Notes under the pieces: generated by a model | Databases searched by the model: none | The model's input: only the letters and a program-made list of their open reading frames with translations | What the model was told of the DNA's origin: nothing | Origin: an uncultured Acidobacteriota bacterium | GTDB lineage: Bacteria > Acidobacteriota > Thermoanaerobaculia > UBA5066 | Direction: 5' to 3' | Length of the DNA stretch: 64,000 bases | Assembly: GCA_963779415.1 (NCBI GenBank) | Contig: CAVZYA010000001.1 | Coordinates: forward strand, 1,920,001-1,984,000 | Position numbers and translations under genes: made by a program | Shown here: piece after piece, positions 19,603 through 28,137 of the stretch | Layout: every line of letters begins with the position of its first letter | Numbering within the stretch: position 1 is the stretch's first letter

Positions 19603-20520
19603 TCAGCTCCGCCGAAGCAGCCAGTCGCAGAAGGCCGCCCCGTCGAGGTCTTTCTCCCCCTCGGGCCGCGCGAGGAGGATCTCGACGGGATGGTCGTCTC
19701 CGGCGAAGACGAGGACCGAGTTCTCGGTCGTCTCGATCTTCCCCGGGAAGGTGTCGTGACCGCCGTGGGGCGAGAGGCGCGTCTTCCAGACCGTCACTCT
19801 GGGGCCGAAGAGGTCGGTGAAGGCGCCGGGCCAGGGGCGCGCCACGGCACGGACGAGATCGTGGATCTCCCGCGCGGGGCGGTCCCAGTCGATCCGCCCG
19901 TCCTCCGGCTTCCGGCCGCCGAAGTAGCTTCCCTTCGAGAGATCGAGCGGAATGCCTGGAGCCGTCCCCGCTTTCAGCTTCGGCCAGGAGCGCGCGAGAA
20001 CCGTGACGGCGGCGTCCCCGACGCGGCGCGCCACCGTGAGCGCGTCGTCGTCGGGGCCGATCGGGACGCGTTCCTGGTCGACGAGGTTTCCCGCGTCGGG
20101 CTTCTCCACCATGTAGTGGAGCGAGGCGCCCGTGAGGGTCGCTCCCTTCAGGATCGCCCAGTTGATCGGCGCGCGCCCCCGGAAGTGCGGCAGGAGCGAG
20201 CCGTGCATGTTGAGGGCGCCCTTCGCGGGAATCGCGAGGACGGAGGCCGGAATCATCTTCCGGAAGTAGAAGGAGAAGAGGAAGTCGGGGGCGAGGGCCT
20301 TCAGGCGGACGACCTCGGTCGGGTCGTCGAGATCGGAGACGACGTGGACCGGCACGCCGCGAGAAGCTCCGAGGTCGGCGAGCGACTCCCACCAGCGCTC
20401 CTCCAGAGGGTTGTCAGGGTGCGTGTAGAGGAGCAGAACCTTCTCACCGGCGTCGAGGAGCCACTTCGTGCACCGGTATCCCACGTCGGAGTACCCGGCG
20501 ATGACGATGCCCGGCATCAC
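19603..20520 (-). CDS. UDP-Ara4N formyltransferase (ArnA N-terminal domain as a separate gene)
   Basis: PDFLFSFYFRKMI, NMHGSLLPHFRGRAPINWAI, DAG, SYFGGRKPEDG, PWPGAF. Confidence 0.9.
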   Translation of the reverse strand: MMPGIVIAGYSDVGYRCTKWLLDAGEKVLLLYTHPDNPLEERWWESLADLGASRGVPVHVVSDLDDPTEVVRLKALAPDFLFSFYFRKMIPASVLAIPAKGALNMHGSLLPHFRGRAPINWAILKGATLTGASLHYMVEKPDAGNLVDQERVPIGPDDDALTVARRVGDAAVTVLARSWPKLKAGTAPGIPLDLSKGSYFGGRKPEDGRIDWDRPAREIHDLVRAVARPWPGAFTDLFGPRVTVWKTRLSPHGGHDTFPGKIETTENSVLVFAGDDHPVEILLARPEGEKDLDGAAFCDWLLRRS

Positions 20521-21488
20521 CCCCTCCAGACCGTCCGGATCAGGAAGCGGGGTCGGCCGCGGACCTGGTAGTAGATCCGTCCCACGTATTCGCCGACGAT
20601 CCCGATCCCCGCCATCAGGACCCCCATGACGACGAAGGCGAGAGCGAAGAGGGTGAAGACCCCGCCCACCTCGGCGCCGACGACGAACCGCCGGACGAGG
20701 AGGAAGACGCCGAAGGCGACCCCGAAGAAGGCCGTCGCGAAGCCGAGGACGCCGAAGATCTGGAGCGGCACGACGGAGAAGCCCGTCATCAGGTCGAAGT
20801 TGAGGCGGAGGAGCCGGTAGAGCGAGTACTTCGACTCCCCCGCCGTCCGCTCGGCGTGATTCACGGCGATCTCGACGGGACGGCGGGCGTACTGCTGCGC
20901 GAGGGCCGGGATGAACGTCGAGACCTCGTCCGAGGCGAGCATGACCTCCACCACGTCGCGGTGGTATCCGCGGAGCATGCAGCCGTAATCGTTGAGCTTC
21001 ATCCCGGTCATCAGCGCCGTCGTCCGGTTCACGAGACGCGAGGCGGCGCGCCGGAAAAACGGGTCCAGCCGTTTCTGCCGGACGGTGCCGACGACGTCGT
21101 GCCCCGCGTCCATCTCCTCGACGAGCTTCGGGATCTCCTCGGGAGGGTTCTGGAGGTCGGCGTCGATCGTGAGGACGTACTCGCCGTCGGTCGCCGTGAA
21201 GGCCGCCATGATCGCCATGTGCTGGCCGGCATTCCGAACCAGCTCGACGACCTTGACGACGCCGGGGTTTTCCGACGCGGCGGTCTTCAGCAGCTCGAGC
21301 GACCGGTCGCGGGAGCCGTCGTCGACGAAGACGATCTCCATCGGACGCCCGAGGCCGCGGAGAACGGCGAGGAGCCGCGGCAGGAGGGCCGGAAGGTTCG
21401 CCTCCTCGTTGTAAACGGGCACCACCACCGAGACCTTCCGCGGCACCGCGGCCGAAAGCGATCGCTCCAACGGCACGTCGGGAGGCAT
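20517..21488 (-). CDS. arnC: Undecaprenyl-phosphate Ara4FN transferase (GT2)
   Basis: SVVVPVYNEE, DDGSRD, RNAGQHMAIMA, DADLQNPPEEIP, DYGCMLRGY, two C-terminal TMs, GEYVGRIY. Exact start uncertain. Confidence 0.88.
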   Translation of the reverse strand: MPPDVPLERSLSAAVPRKVSVVVPVYNEEANLPALLPRLLAVLRGLGRPMEIVFVDDGSRDRSLELLKTAASENPGVVKVVELVRNAGQHMAIMAAFTATDGEYVLTIDADLQNPPEEIPKLVEEMDAGHDVVGTVRQKRLDPFFRRAASRLVNRTTALMTGMKLNDYGCMLRGYHRDVVEVMLASDEVSTFIPALAQQYARRPVEIAVNHAERTAGESKYSLYRLLRLNFDLMTGFSVVPLQIFGVLGFATAFFGVAFGVFLLVRRFVVGAEVGGVFTLFALAFVVMGVLMAGIGIVGEYVGRIYYQVRGRPRFLIRTVWRG

Positions 21489-21505
21489 TCTAGCCTCGCG
21501 GAGCT

Positions 21506-23206
21506 TCAGTGGTTGACGAGGAGGGAGAACTTCCCGTTCTGCATCCGCGCGAGCAGGGGCCCCGGACGGAAGCCGACTTTCTGGTCCGTCAGCATCTGGA
21601 GGTCGTCCTCGTGGACGATCAGGAAGACCCGCCTGGGGCCGTTCCACATCCTGAGGAACTCCTCCTGCGTCGGGAAGCGCCCCTCCGAGCCCTCGCGGGT
21701 GCTGCCGAAGTTGAGCTCGTGCCATCCGAGGCCGGTGACCAGGACGAAGCGCTTCGTGTAGAAGGGCGTCGCCTGCAGGTAGTGGCCTCTCTGGATGAGC
21801 AGATCATCGGGCTTCATCTCGCGCAGGAGAGTCGAGATGATCGGCCAGGGCGTCATCGCCCGCGCGGCCGCCGGCAGCATCAGGAGGAGGCCGAAGACGA
21901 AGGCGAGCCAGGGCGCCGCGATCCCCGGGACCGGGTCGAGACGCGACGGCACGGCCGACCGCCTCGAGATACGGGCGACGAGCCGCGGAGCGAGGCAGGC
22001 CGCGACGGCGAGGAGGAGGACAGAGAGGGCGGCGACGCCGAGCTTTTCGACGCCCCAGGCCGAGAAGTATCCCAGCTCGATGCCGAGGAAGATCCCGGCC
22101 GCCCAGAGCGCCGCGAGGAGAAGGGCCGAGAGGAGACGCTCGGTCCGGAAATCGGTCCCCCTCTGCCGCGCCTTCTCGATGCCGACGGCGAGGAGGACGC
22201 CGAGAGACGCCCAGATCGGCTCGACGTAGGGGATCAGCTTGGACTTTGACGCCGTGAAGAAGAAAAAGACGAGCAGCGCCCAGATCCAGAGGAAGCTCTC
22301 CGTCGGCCGCTCGCGGAAGGCGGAACGCCTCGTCGGGAACGTCTCGCGAAATCGGCCGAAAAAGCCGGTCCACGGGAGAAAGCCCGCGAGGAGAACCCCC
22401 ACGAAGTAAAAGGAAGACCCCTGTCGCCGGTAGAACTTCGTGAAGAACCGCCGGAAGTGCTGTTCGACGAAGTAGAAGTCGAGGAAATCCGGGTTTCGCC
22501 GGGCCATCGCGACGTGCCAGGGAAGGGCGATCAGGAGGAAGACCATCAGCGGCCCCGGGGAGAAGAGCCTCGGAAGGAGCCTCCACCGGCCGGAGAGCAC
22601 GATGAAAAGGAAGATCGCCCCGCCGGGGAGGAGGAAGCCGATGAGCCCCTTCGCCAGCACCGCCAGAGCGCAGGCGGCATGGAGTCCGTAGAGCGCGCGA
22701 CGGGCCCGGCGGGCGTTCCCCTCCTGCTCCGCCTCCTGGAAAGCGACGAAGGCGAAAACGGCGCCTGTCAGAACGAAGGAGAGGATCGCGTCGGTGATGA
22801 CGATCCGGGCGAGCGCCAGGACGAGGACCGAGCTTCCCGTCACGAGCCCGGCCAGAAGGCCGGTCCGGCTCCCCCATCGACGCCCGGCGAAGGCGGCCGC
22901 CATCAGGACCATCCCGACCGTCGCGAGCATCCCCGGAAGGCGGGCCGCCCACTCGTTCTCCCCGAGGAGTGCCATCGAGCCGGCGACGAGCCAGTAGAGA
23001 AGCGGCGGCTTCTCGAAGTAGAGGACGCCGTTCAGGTGCGGCGTCAGGAAGTCTCCCGTGGCCAGCATCTCGCGCGGGATCTCCGAGTACCGCCCCTCGT
23101 CCGGCTCGAAGAAAGGGGTCTTCCCGAACTGGAGGATCGTCAGGAGGAGCGTCAGGGCGAGGAGAAGAAGGAGCCCGCGGTTCCCGCGGGCGAAAAGATC
23201 GCCCAT
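21506..23206 (-). CDS. arnT: ArnT-family 4-amino-4-deoxy-L-arabinose transferase (copy 1)
   Basis: FEPDEGRYSEIPREM...YFEKPPL, LAKG, SKSKLIPYV; polytopic; directly upstream of arnC. Confidence 0.85.
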   Translation of the reverse strand: MGDLFARGNRGLLLLLALTLLLTILQFGKTPFFEPDEGRYSEIPREMLATGDFLTPHLNGVLYFEKPPLLYWLVAGSMALLGENEWAARLPGMLATVGMVLMAAAFAGRRWGSRTGLLAGLVTGSSVLVLALARIVITDAILSFVLTGAVFAFVAFQEAEQEGNARRARRALYGLHAACALAVLAKGLIGFLLPGGAIFLFIVLSGRWRLLPRLFSPGPLMVFLLIALPWHVAMARRNPDFLDFYFVEQHFRRFFTKFYRRQGSSFYFVGVLLAGFLPWTGFFGRFRETFPTRRSAFRERPTESFLWIWALLVFFFFTASKSKLIPYVEPIWASLGVLLAVGIEKARQRGTDFRTERLLSALLLAALWAAGIFLGIELGYFSAWGVEKLGVAALSVLLLAVAACLAPRLVARISRRSAVPSRLDPVPGIAAPWLAFVFGLLLMLPAAARAMTPWPIISTLLREMKPDDLLIQRGHYLQATPFYTKRFVLVTGLGWHELNFGSTREGSEGRFPTQEEFLRMWNGPRRVFLIVHEDDLQMLTDQKVGFRPGPLLARMQNGKFSLLVNH

Positions 23207-23543
23207 GCCCGGATTCTAGAGGGAGAAGGGAGGAGGATCAGCGGCGCGGAGTGGCGCCGTCCAGCCGGGAGAGCCCCTCGCCAAGCGCCGCAGGAAAGCG
23301 ACGCGGCGGTTCGGGGCCTTCGTCCGGTCGTACGGGACGGCCTCCTTCGGCTCTCCCCGCTCGCGAAGAAAGGTCCGTCGTGCCGGGGATCTTCCGGTAG
23401 CCCGTCACCGGGTCTTCGAGGTCCTTCCCGGCCGCCACGGCCGCGTCGAACTCGGTCCGCGTCACGGCGAGGACGCGGCTCACCGCGATCACTCCAGGCA
23501 GGAAGATCCCCTGGCGGCGGCGTCGGGTCGGGATCTCCCCGCC

Positions 23544-25244
23544 TCAGCGGTTGACGATCAGGACGTAGTTCCCGTTCTCCGTCCGGGCCAGCTCCCGGCC
23601 GCGCGGAAGGCCCGTGGCCGGGTTTCCGAAGTCGCCCACGTTTCTTCTCTGGACGATTGCGAAGACGCGCTCCGGCCCCGTCCAGAGCGGCCGGAACGCC
23701 GCTTCGGGCGGGAAGAGCGTCTCCGTCCCGGGATGCGAGCGCCCGAAATCCAGCTCGTGCCAGCCGAGGGCGAAGACGGGCGTCAACCGCTTCGCGTAGA
23801 AAGGTGCTCCCTGAAGGTAGAACCCGCGCTGGACGAGGACGTCTCCGGGCTTCAGCTCGGCGAGAAGCTCGGAGACGAGAGGCCACGGTGTGATCCGCCT
23901 CGCCGCCGAAGGAAGGATCAGAAGGAGGCCGAAGAGGAACGCGAGCCACGGGCCGGCGATCCCCGGGACGGGGTCGATGCCGGAGAGGCCGGTGGGCCGC
24001 CCCGACAGGCGTCCCCGGAGGCGCGGAAAAAGGGAGGCGGTCACCCCCAGAAAGAGCGTCGCGAGGGTCGCGATCCCGAGCCGTGTCGCGCCCCACGCCG
24101 CAAGGTATCCGCCGCCGATTCCGTAGAAGACGCCCGCGACGACGAGCGCAATGAGGAAGAGCGCCGTCAGGAGCCGCTCGGTCCCGAAGGCCCGGCCGCG
24201 CTGGCGGGCCCGTTCGATTCCGACCGCGAGGAGAAGGCCGAGCGCCGGCCAGACCGGCTCGACGTAGGGAACCAGCTTCGACCGGGAGACCGAGAAGAAG
24301 AGGAAGACGAGAAGCGACCAGATCCATAGGAAGCTCTCGCTCTCGCGCTCCCGGAGCGCCGCGAGCCGTGTCGGGAACGTCTCGCGCAGCCGGCCGAAGA
24401 AGCCGGTCCATGGCAGGAAACCGGCGAGGAGGACGGCGATGAAGTAGAACGGACCTCCTTCGCGCCGGTGGTCGTTCGTCAGGAAACGATCGAAGTGCTC
24501 GTGGACGAAGTAGAACCGGAGGAAGTCCGGGTTCCGGTGCGCCACGGCGACGTGCCACGGGACCGACAGGAGAAGGAAGACCACGATCGGCCCCGGAGAA
24601 AAAAGCTTCATCACGAGGTTCCGGCGCCCCGAGAGCGCAACATAGACCGCGATCGCTCCGCCCGGGAGAACGATCCCGATCAGTCCCTTCAGCATGACGG
24701 CGGCCGCGCACGCGACGGCCAGGCCGTAGAGGGCCGAGCGCGACGCACGGGTGTCTCCGCGCCGCTCGGCCTCGAGGAAGGAGCAGAACGCGAACGCCGA
24801 GGCGGAGAGGGCGAGCGAGAGGACCGGGTCGATGATGGCGACCCGCGCGAGGATGAAGAAGAGCCCGGAGGTCCCCGTCACGATCCCGGCGAGGAGGCCC
24901 GTCCGGAGCCCCCATCGCCGACGCGCGAACGCGGCGGTCAGAAGGACCATCCCGGCCGACGCGACCATTCCGGGGAGCCGCACCGCCCACTCGGAAGGAC
25001 CGAGGAGCGCCATGGATCCCGCCACGAGCCAGTAGTAGAGCGGCGGCTTCTCGAAGTAGAGGACCCCGTTCAGGCGGGGCGTGACGAAGTCGCCCGTCGC
25101 CAGCATCTCCCGGGGGATCTCGGCGTAGCGCCCCTCGTCCGGCTCGAAGAGGGGCGTCCTCCCGGTCTGGAGGACGAGCAGGAGGAGCGTCAGGCCGAGG
25201 AGAACGAAGAGACCGCGCACCCCTCGGTCGGACAGCTCTCTCAC
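23544..25244 (-). CDS. arnT: ArnT-family transferase (copy 2, tandem paralog)
   Basis: GTG 25244 (GTGA overlap with wzt stop); FEPDEGRYAEIPREM...YFEKPPL, MLKG, SRSKLVPYV; colinear with copy 1. Confidence 0.82.
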   Translation of the reverse strand: MRELSDRGVRGLFVLLGLTLLLLVLQTGRTPLFEPDEGRYAEIPREMLATGDFVTPRLNGVLYFEKPPLYYWLVAGSMALLGPSEWAVRLPGMVASAGMVLLTAAFARRRWGLRTGLLAGIVTGTSGLFFILARVAIIDPVLSLALSASAFAFCSFLEAERRGDTRASRSALYGLAVACAAAVMLKGLIGIVLPGGAIAVYVALSGRRNLVMKLFSPGPIVVFLLLSVPWHVAVAHRNPDFLRFYFVHEHFDRFLTNDHRREGGPFYFIAVLLAGFLPWTGFFGRLRETFPTRLAALRERESESFLWIWSLLVFLFFSVSRSKLVPYVEPVWPALGLLLAVGIERARQRGRAFGTERLLTALFLIALVVAGVFYGIGGGYLAAWGATRLGIATLATLFLGVTASLFPRLRGRLSGRPTGLSGIDPVPGIAGPWLAFLFGLLLILPSAARRITPWPLVSELLAELKPGDVLVQRGFYLQGAPFYAKRLTPVFALGWHELDFGRSHPGTETLFPPEAAFRPLWTGPERVFAIVQRRNVGDFGNPATGLPRGRELARTENGNYVLIVNR

Positions 25245-26602
25245 GGGGGGATCCCAGGGAAGGAGCCGGGCCCCGGTCCTGTCAGGGAGACCCCTCCCGT
25301 GAAGTCCCACCGCCGCTCGGGACGCCAGATTCCGACGTCGGGGGCCGGAGACTCGACGTGGAAGCGGCAGGCCCCGCGCCAGTAGTCGTAGGGAGTCCCC
25401 CGGCGCGAATGGACGGCCACGTCGACGAGGTACGACCCTGCCCCGAGGTCGCAGCGCGGGATCGTGAGACGGACCGTCGCCGGCGCGTCGAACCGCTTCG
25501 GGACGAGGCCGTCCGCCTCGGTGTTCGAGCCGTGGATGCAGAGGTCCTCGGGCGTGAAGAGACCGATGCCGAAGACGAAGTCGGTGAGCGGGCGTGCCGG
25601 GGAGACCTCGATCTCGACGATCACGCACTCGCCGGAGACGAACGAGTGCCTCTCGGTCCCGTCCGCGCCGCGCAGGCGGACGGCGGTGATCTCGGCCGAG
25701 CGGTCTCCCCAGCGCCGCGGGCGGTCGGCTTCCGGCGAGGAAGGAACCGGCGCGCCCGCTTCGGTCGCTGGCGGAGGGGGCGCGGCCGGCGCTGCCTCGC
25801 GCAGCTCCTCCTGGACCTTCACCTCTTCGGCGGCGAGCCGCTCGCCTTCGCCCGCCGCCACGTCGAGACGGTAGGCGGCGAGCATCTCGCGCGCCTCGCC
25901 GAGCCCCTTCACGCGCCCCTGCTCGAGGTAGAGGACCCGGTCGCACAGCTCCTCCACGAGGCCGAGCGCATGGCTGACGAAGAAGATCGTCTTTCCGCGC
26001 GACCGGAACTCCCCGATCGTGTCGAGGCAGCGGCGGGAGAACGCCTCGTCCCCGACGGCGAGGACCTCGTCCACGACGAGAATGTCCGGGTCGACGTGGA
26101 TCGCGACGGCGAAGCCGAGCCGGACGTACATCCCCGACGAGTAGGTCTTGACGGGCTGGTCGATGAACTCCGCGAGGCCCGAGAAGGCGACGATCTCCGG
26201 GATCTTCCGCTCGATCTCCTTCCGCGAGAGGCCCAGCATCACTCCGTTGATGACGACGTTCTCGCGCCCCGAGATCTCGGGGTGGAATCCGGCTCCCAGC
26301 TCGATCAGGGCCGAGACCTTGCCGCTCACGGAGAGGGTCCCGGAGGTGGCCTTCAGGATTCCCGCGACGAGCTTCAGGAGCGTCGACTTGCCGCTCCCGT
26401 TCGCGCCGATGACGCCGAAGGTTTCGCCCCGACCGACCGAGAAGGAGACGTTCGTGAGAGCGTCCACCGTCTGCGAGGGCGAGAGCGACTCCGAGAGGCC
26501 CCGTCCGAGGAACGCCGACTTGAGGGTCCCGAACGCGCGCGTCTTTCCGTAACGCCGGTAGCGCTTCGAGACCCCCGCGGCCGAGACGACGTCGCCGCTC
26601 AG
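25241..26602 (-). CDS. wzt: Polysaccharide ABC exporter ATPase with C-terminal Wzt_C domain; probable CTG start
   Basis: GANGSGKSTLL, YSSGMYVRLGFA, ILVVDEVLAVGD, VSH; C-terminal Ig-like domain. The N-terminal DVVSAAGVSKRY lies upstream of the track's GTG 26467; only CTG 26602 is available before an in-frame stop. Confidence 0.9.
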   Translation of the reverse strand: MSGDVVSAAGVSKRYRRYGKTRAFGTLKSAFLGRGLSESLSPSQTVDALTNVSFSVGRGETFGVIGANGSGKSTLLKLVAGILKATSGTLSVSGKVSALIELGAGFHPEISGRENVVINGVMLGLSRKEIERKIPEIVAFSGLAEFIDQPVKTYSSGMYVRLGFAVAIHVDPDILVVDEVLAVGDEAFSRRCLDTIGEFRSRGKTIFFVSHALGLVEELCDRVLYLEQGRVKGLGEAREMLAAYRLDVAAGEGERLAAEEVKVQEELREAAPAAPPPPATEAGAPVPSSPEADRPRRWGDRSAEITAVRLRGADGTERHSFVSGECVIVEIEVSPARPLTDFVFGIGLFTPEDLCIHGSNTEADGLVPKRFDAPATVRLTIPRCDLGAGSYLVDVAVHSRRGTPYDYWRGACRFHVESPAPDVGIWRPERRWDFTGGVSLTGPGPGSFPGIPP

Positions 26603-27408
26603 ACGGCCTCCGGATAAGAGTCACGAAGCCTCGCGAAGAAGGCAAAGCCGATCAGAAACGTCACCGCCGCGATCCCGACGACGCCCGCCCACTCCGCAGG
26701 GCCGATCCACTTTCCGAAGAACAGCGCGTCCTGCCACGCCGAGAAGAACGGCGCGGCCGGGTTCCAGGCCAGGATCCTCCGAAGGCCCGGGATCGTGATT
26801 TCCGAGAGAGGGTAGAGAACCGGCGTCGCGAAGAACCAGAGGCTGAGCCCCGTGGCGAGGAGGTCCTTCACGTCGCGGAAGTGGATCGTCAGGGCCGCGA
26901 GGAGGAAGCCGAGGCCGAGGAGGAAGACCCCCTCGAGGACGATCAGGACGGGGACCTGGAGAAGCGCCGGTGTCAGGGGGACGACGCGCCCGAAGACGCC
27001 GAGGGCGCCGAGGGCGAGGCCGAGGCCGAGGACCGGAAGGGCGAGGAGGAAGTGGACCCCCTGCGAGAGGACGGCCACGGTCGGCAGGACCTCCGCGGGA
27101 AAGAGCACCTTCTTGAGAAGCGGCCCGTGGACGATGAGGGACGCCGACGCATCCGTGAGCGACGAGGCCAGCCAGTTCCACGGCAGGAGGCCGCAGAAGA
27201 GGAAGACGGCGTACGGGTTCGTCGCGGCGCTCCGTCCCGGGAAGATGAACTGGAAGACGATCGTATAGACGGAGAGCATCAGGAGCGGGTTCAGGAGCGA
27301 CCAGAAGAAGCCGAGAACGCTGCCGCGGTAACGGGCCTTCAGCTCGCGGGCCACGAGGACACCGACGAGGGCACGGTGGCGGAGGAGATCGCGGAGTCCG
27401 TCGAGCAT
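26599..27408 (-). CDS. wzm: Polysaccharide ABC exporter permease
   Basis: RELKARYRGSVLGFFWSLLNPLL, KKVLFPAE, FRDV, ATPVLYP, WNP. Confidence 0.92.
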   Translation of the reverse strand: MLDGLRDLLRHRALVGVLVARELKARYRGSVLGFFWSLLNPLLMLSVYTIVFQFIFPGRSAATNPYAVFLFCGLLPWNWLASSLTDASASLIVHGPLLKKVLFPAEVLPTVAVLSQGVHFLLALPVLGLGLALGALGVFGRVVPLTPALLQVPVLIVLEGVFLLGLGFLLAALTIHFRDVKDLLATGLSLWFFATPVLYPLSEITIPGLRRILAWNPAAPFFSAWQDALFFGKWIGPAEWAGVVGIAAVTFLIGFAFFARLRDSYPEAV

Positions 27409-27453
27409 CCCGTCGCGCGCATGATACGTAGGAGGGGGCGGAGCGCGAGGGAG

Positions 27454-28137
27454 ATGGGATCGGAGATCGTCGCGGAGTCGGTCGGGAAGACCTATGTCGG
27501 GGAGAAAGGGGGCGGTGGCGTCGCGGCGCTCGCGGAGGTCTCCTTCACCCTCTCTCCCGGTTCCATCACGGCGCTCGTCGGCCCTTCGGGGTGCGGAAAG
27601 TCGACCCTCCTGAACCTTCTCGGGGCGCTCGACGTCCCGACGGAAGGGCGGCTCCTCGTCGACGGCCGGGACCTCGCACGGCTCTCCGAGACGGAGCGCG
27701 ACACCTTCCGGAGGCGGACGGCCGCTACGGTCTTCCAGTTCTTCAATCTCCTCCCGACGATGACGGCCCTGGAGAACGTCGCTCTCCCTCTTCTCCTCGA
27801 CGGCGTTCCGGCAAAAGAAGCGGATGCCCGGGCCGCGCGCGGCCTCTCGGCGGTCGGCCTCGCGGCGAAGGAACGGGCTTTCCCCTACGAGCTTTCCGGC
27901 GGCCAGATGCAGCGAGTCGCCGTGGCGCGGGCGCTCGCGAACTCCCCCGCGCTCCTCCTCGCCGACGAGCCGACCGGAAACCTCGACTCGAAAAGCGGGG
28001 CCGCAGTGCTGGAGTTGATCGTGCGCCTCGTCGCGGAACAGAAGGTGACCTGTGTCCTCGCGACCCACTCGGCCGAGGCGGCCGCGATCGCAGGGCGGAC
28101 CCTCCGGCTGAGGGACGGCCGGGTCGTCCCGCCGTGA
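27454..28137 (+). CDS. ABC transporter ATP-binding protein (LolD/MacB type)
   Basis: GPSGCGKSTLL, LSGGQMQRVAVARAL, LLADEPTGNLD, ATH. Confidence 0.92.
   Translation: MGSEIVAESVGKTYVGEKGGGGVAALAEVSFTLSPGSITALVGPSGCGKSTLLNLLGALDVPTEGRLLVDGRDLARLSETERDTFRRRTAATVFQFFNLLPTMTALENVALPLLLDGVPAKEADARAARGLSAVGLAAKERAFPYELSGGQMQRVAVARALANSPALLLADEPTGNLDSKSGAAVLELIVRLVAEQKVTCVLATHSAEAAAIAGRTLRLRDGRVVPP

Noticed and set aside
23544-26645. 1033-aa Wzt-ArnT fusion
   Set aside because: The N-terminal half is off-frame to wzt; arnT starts at GTG 25244.
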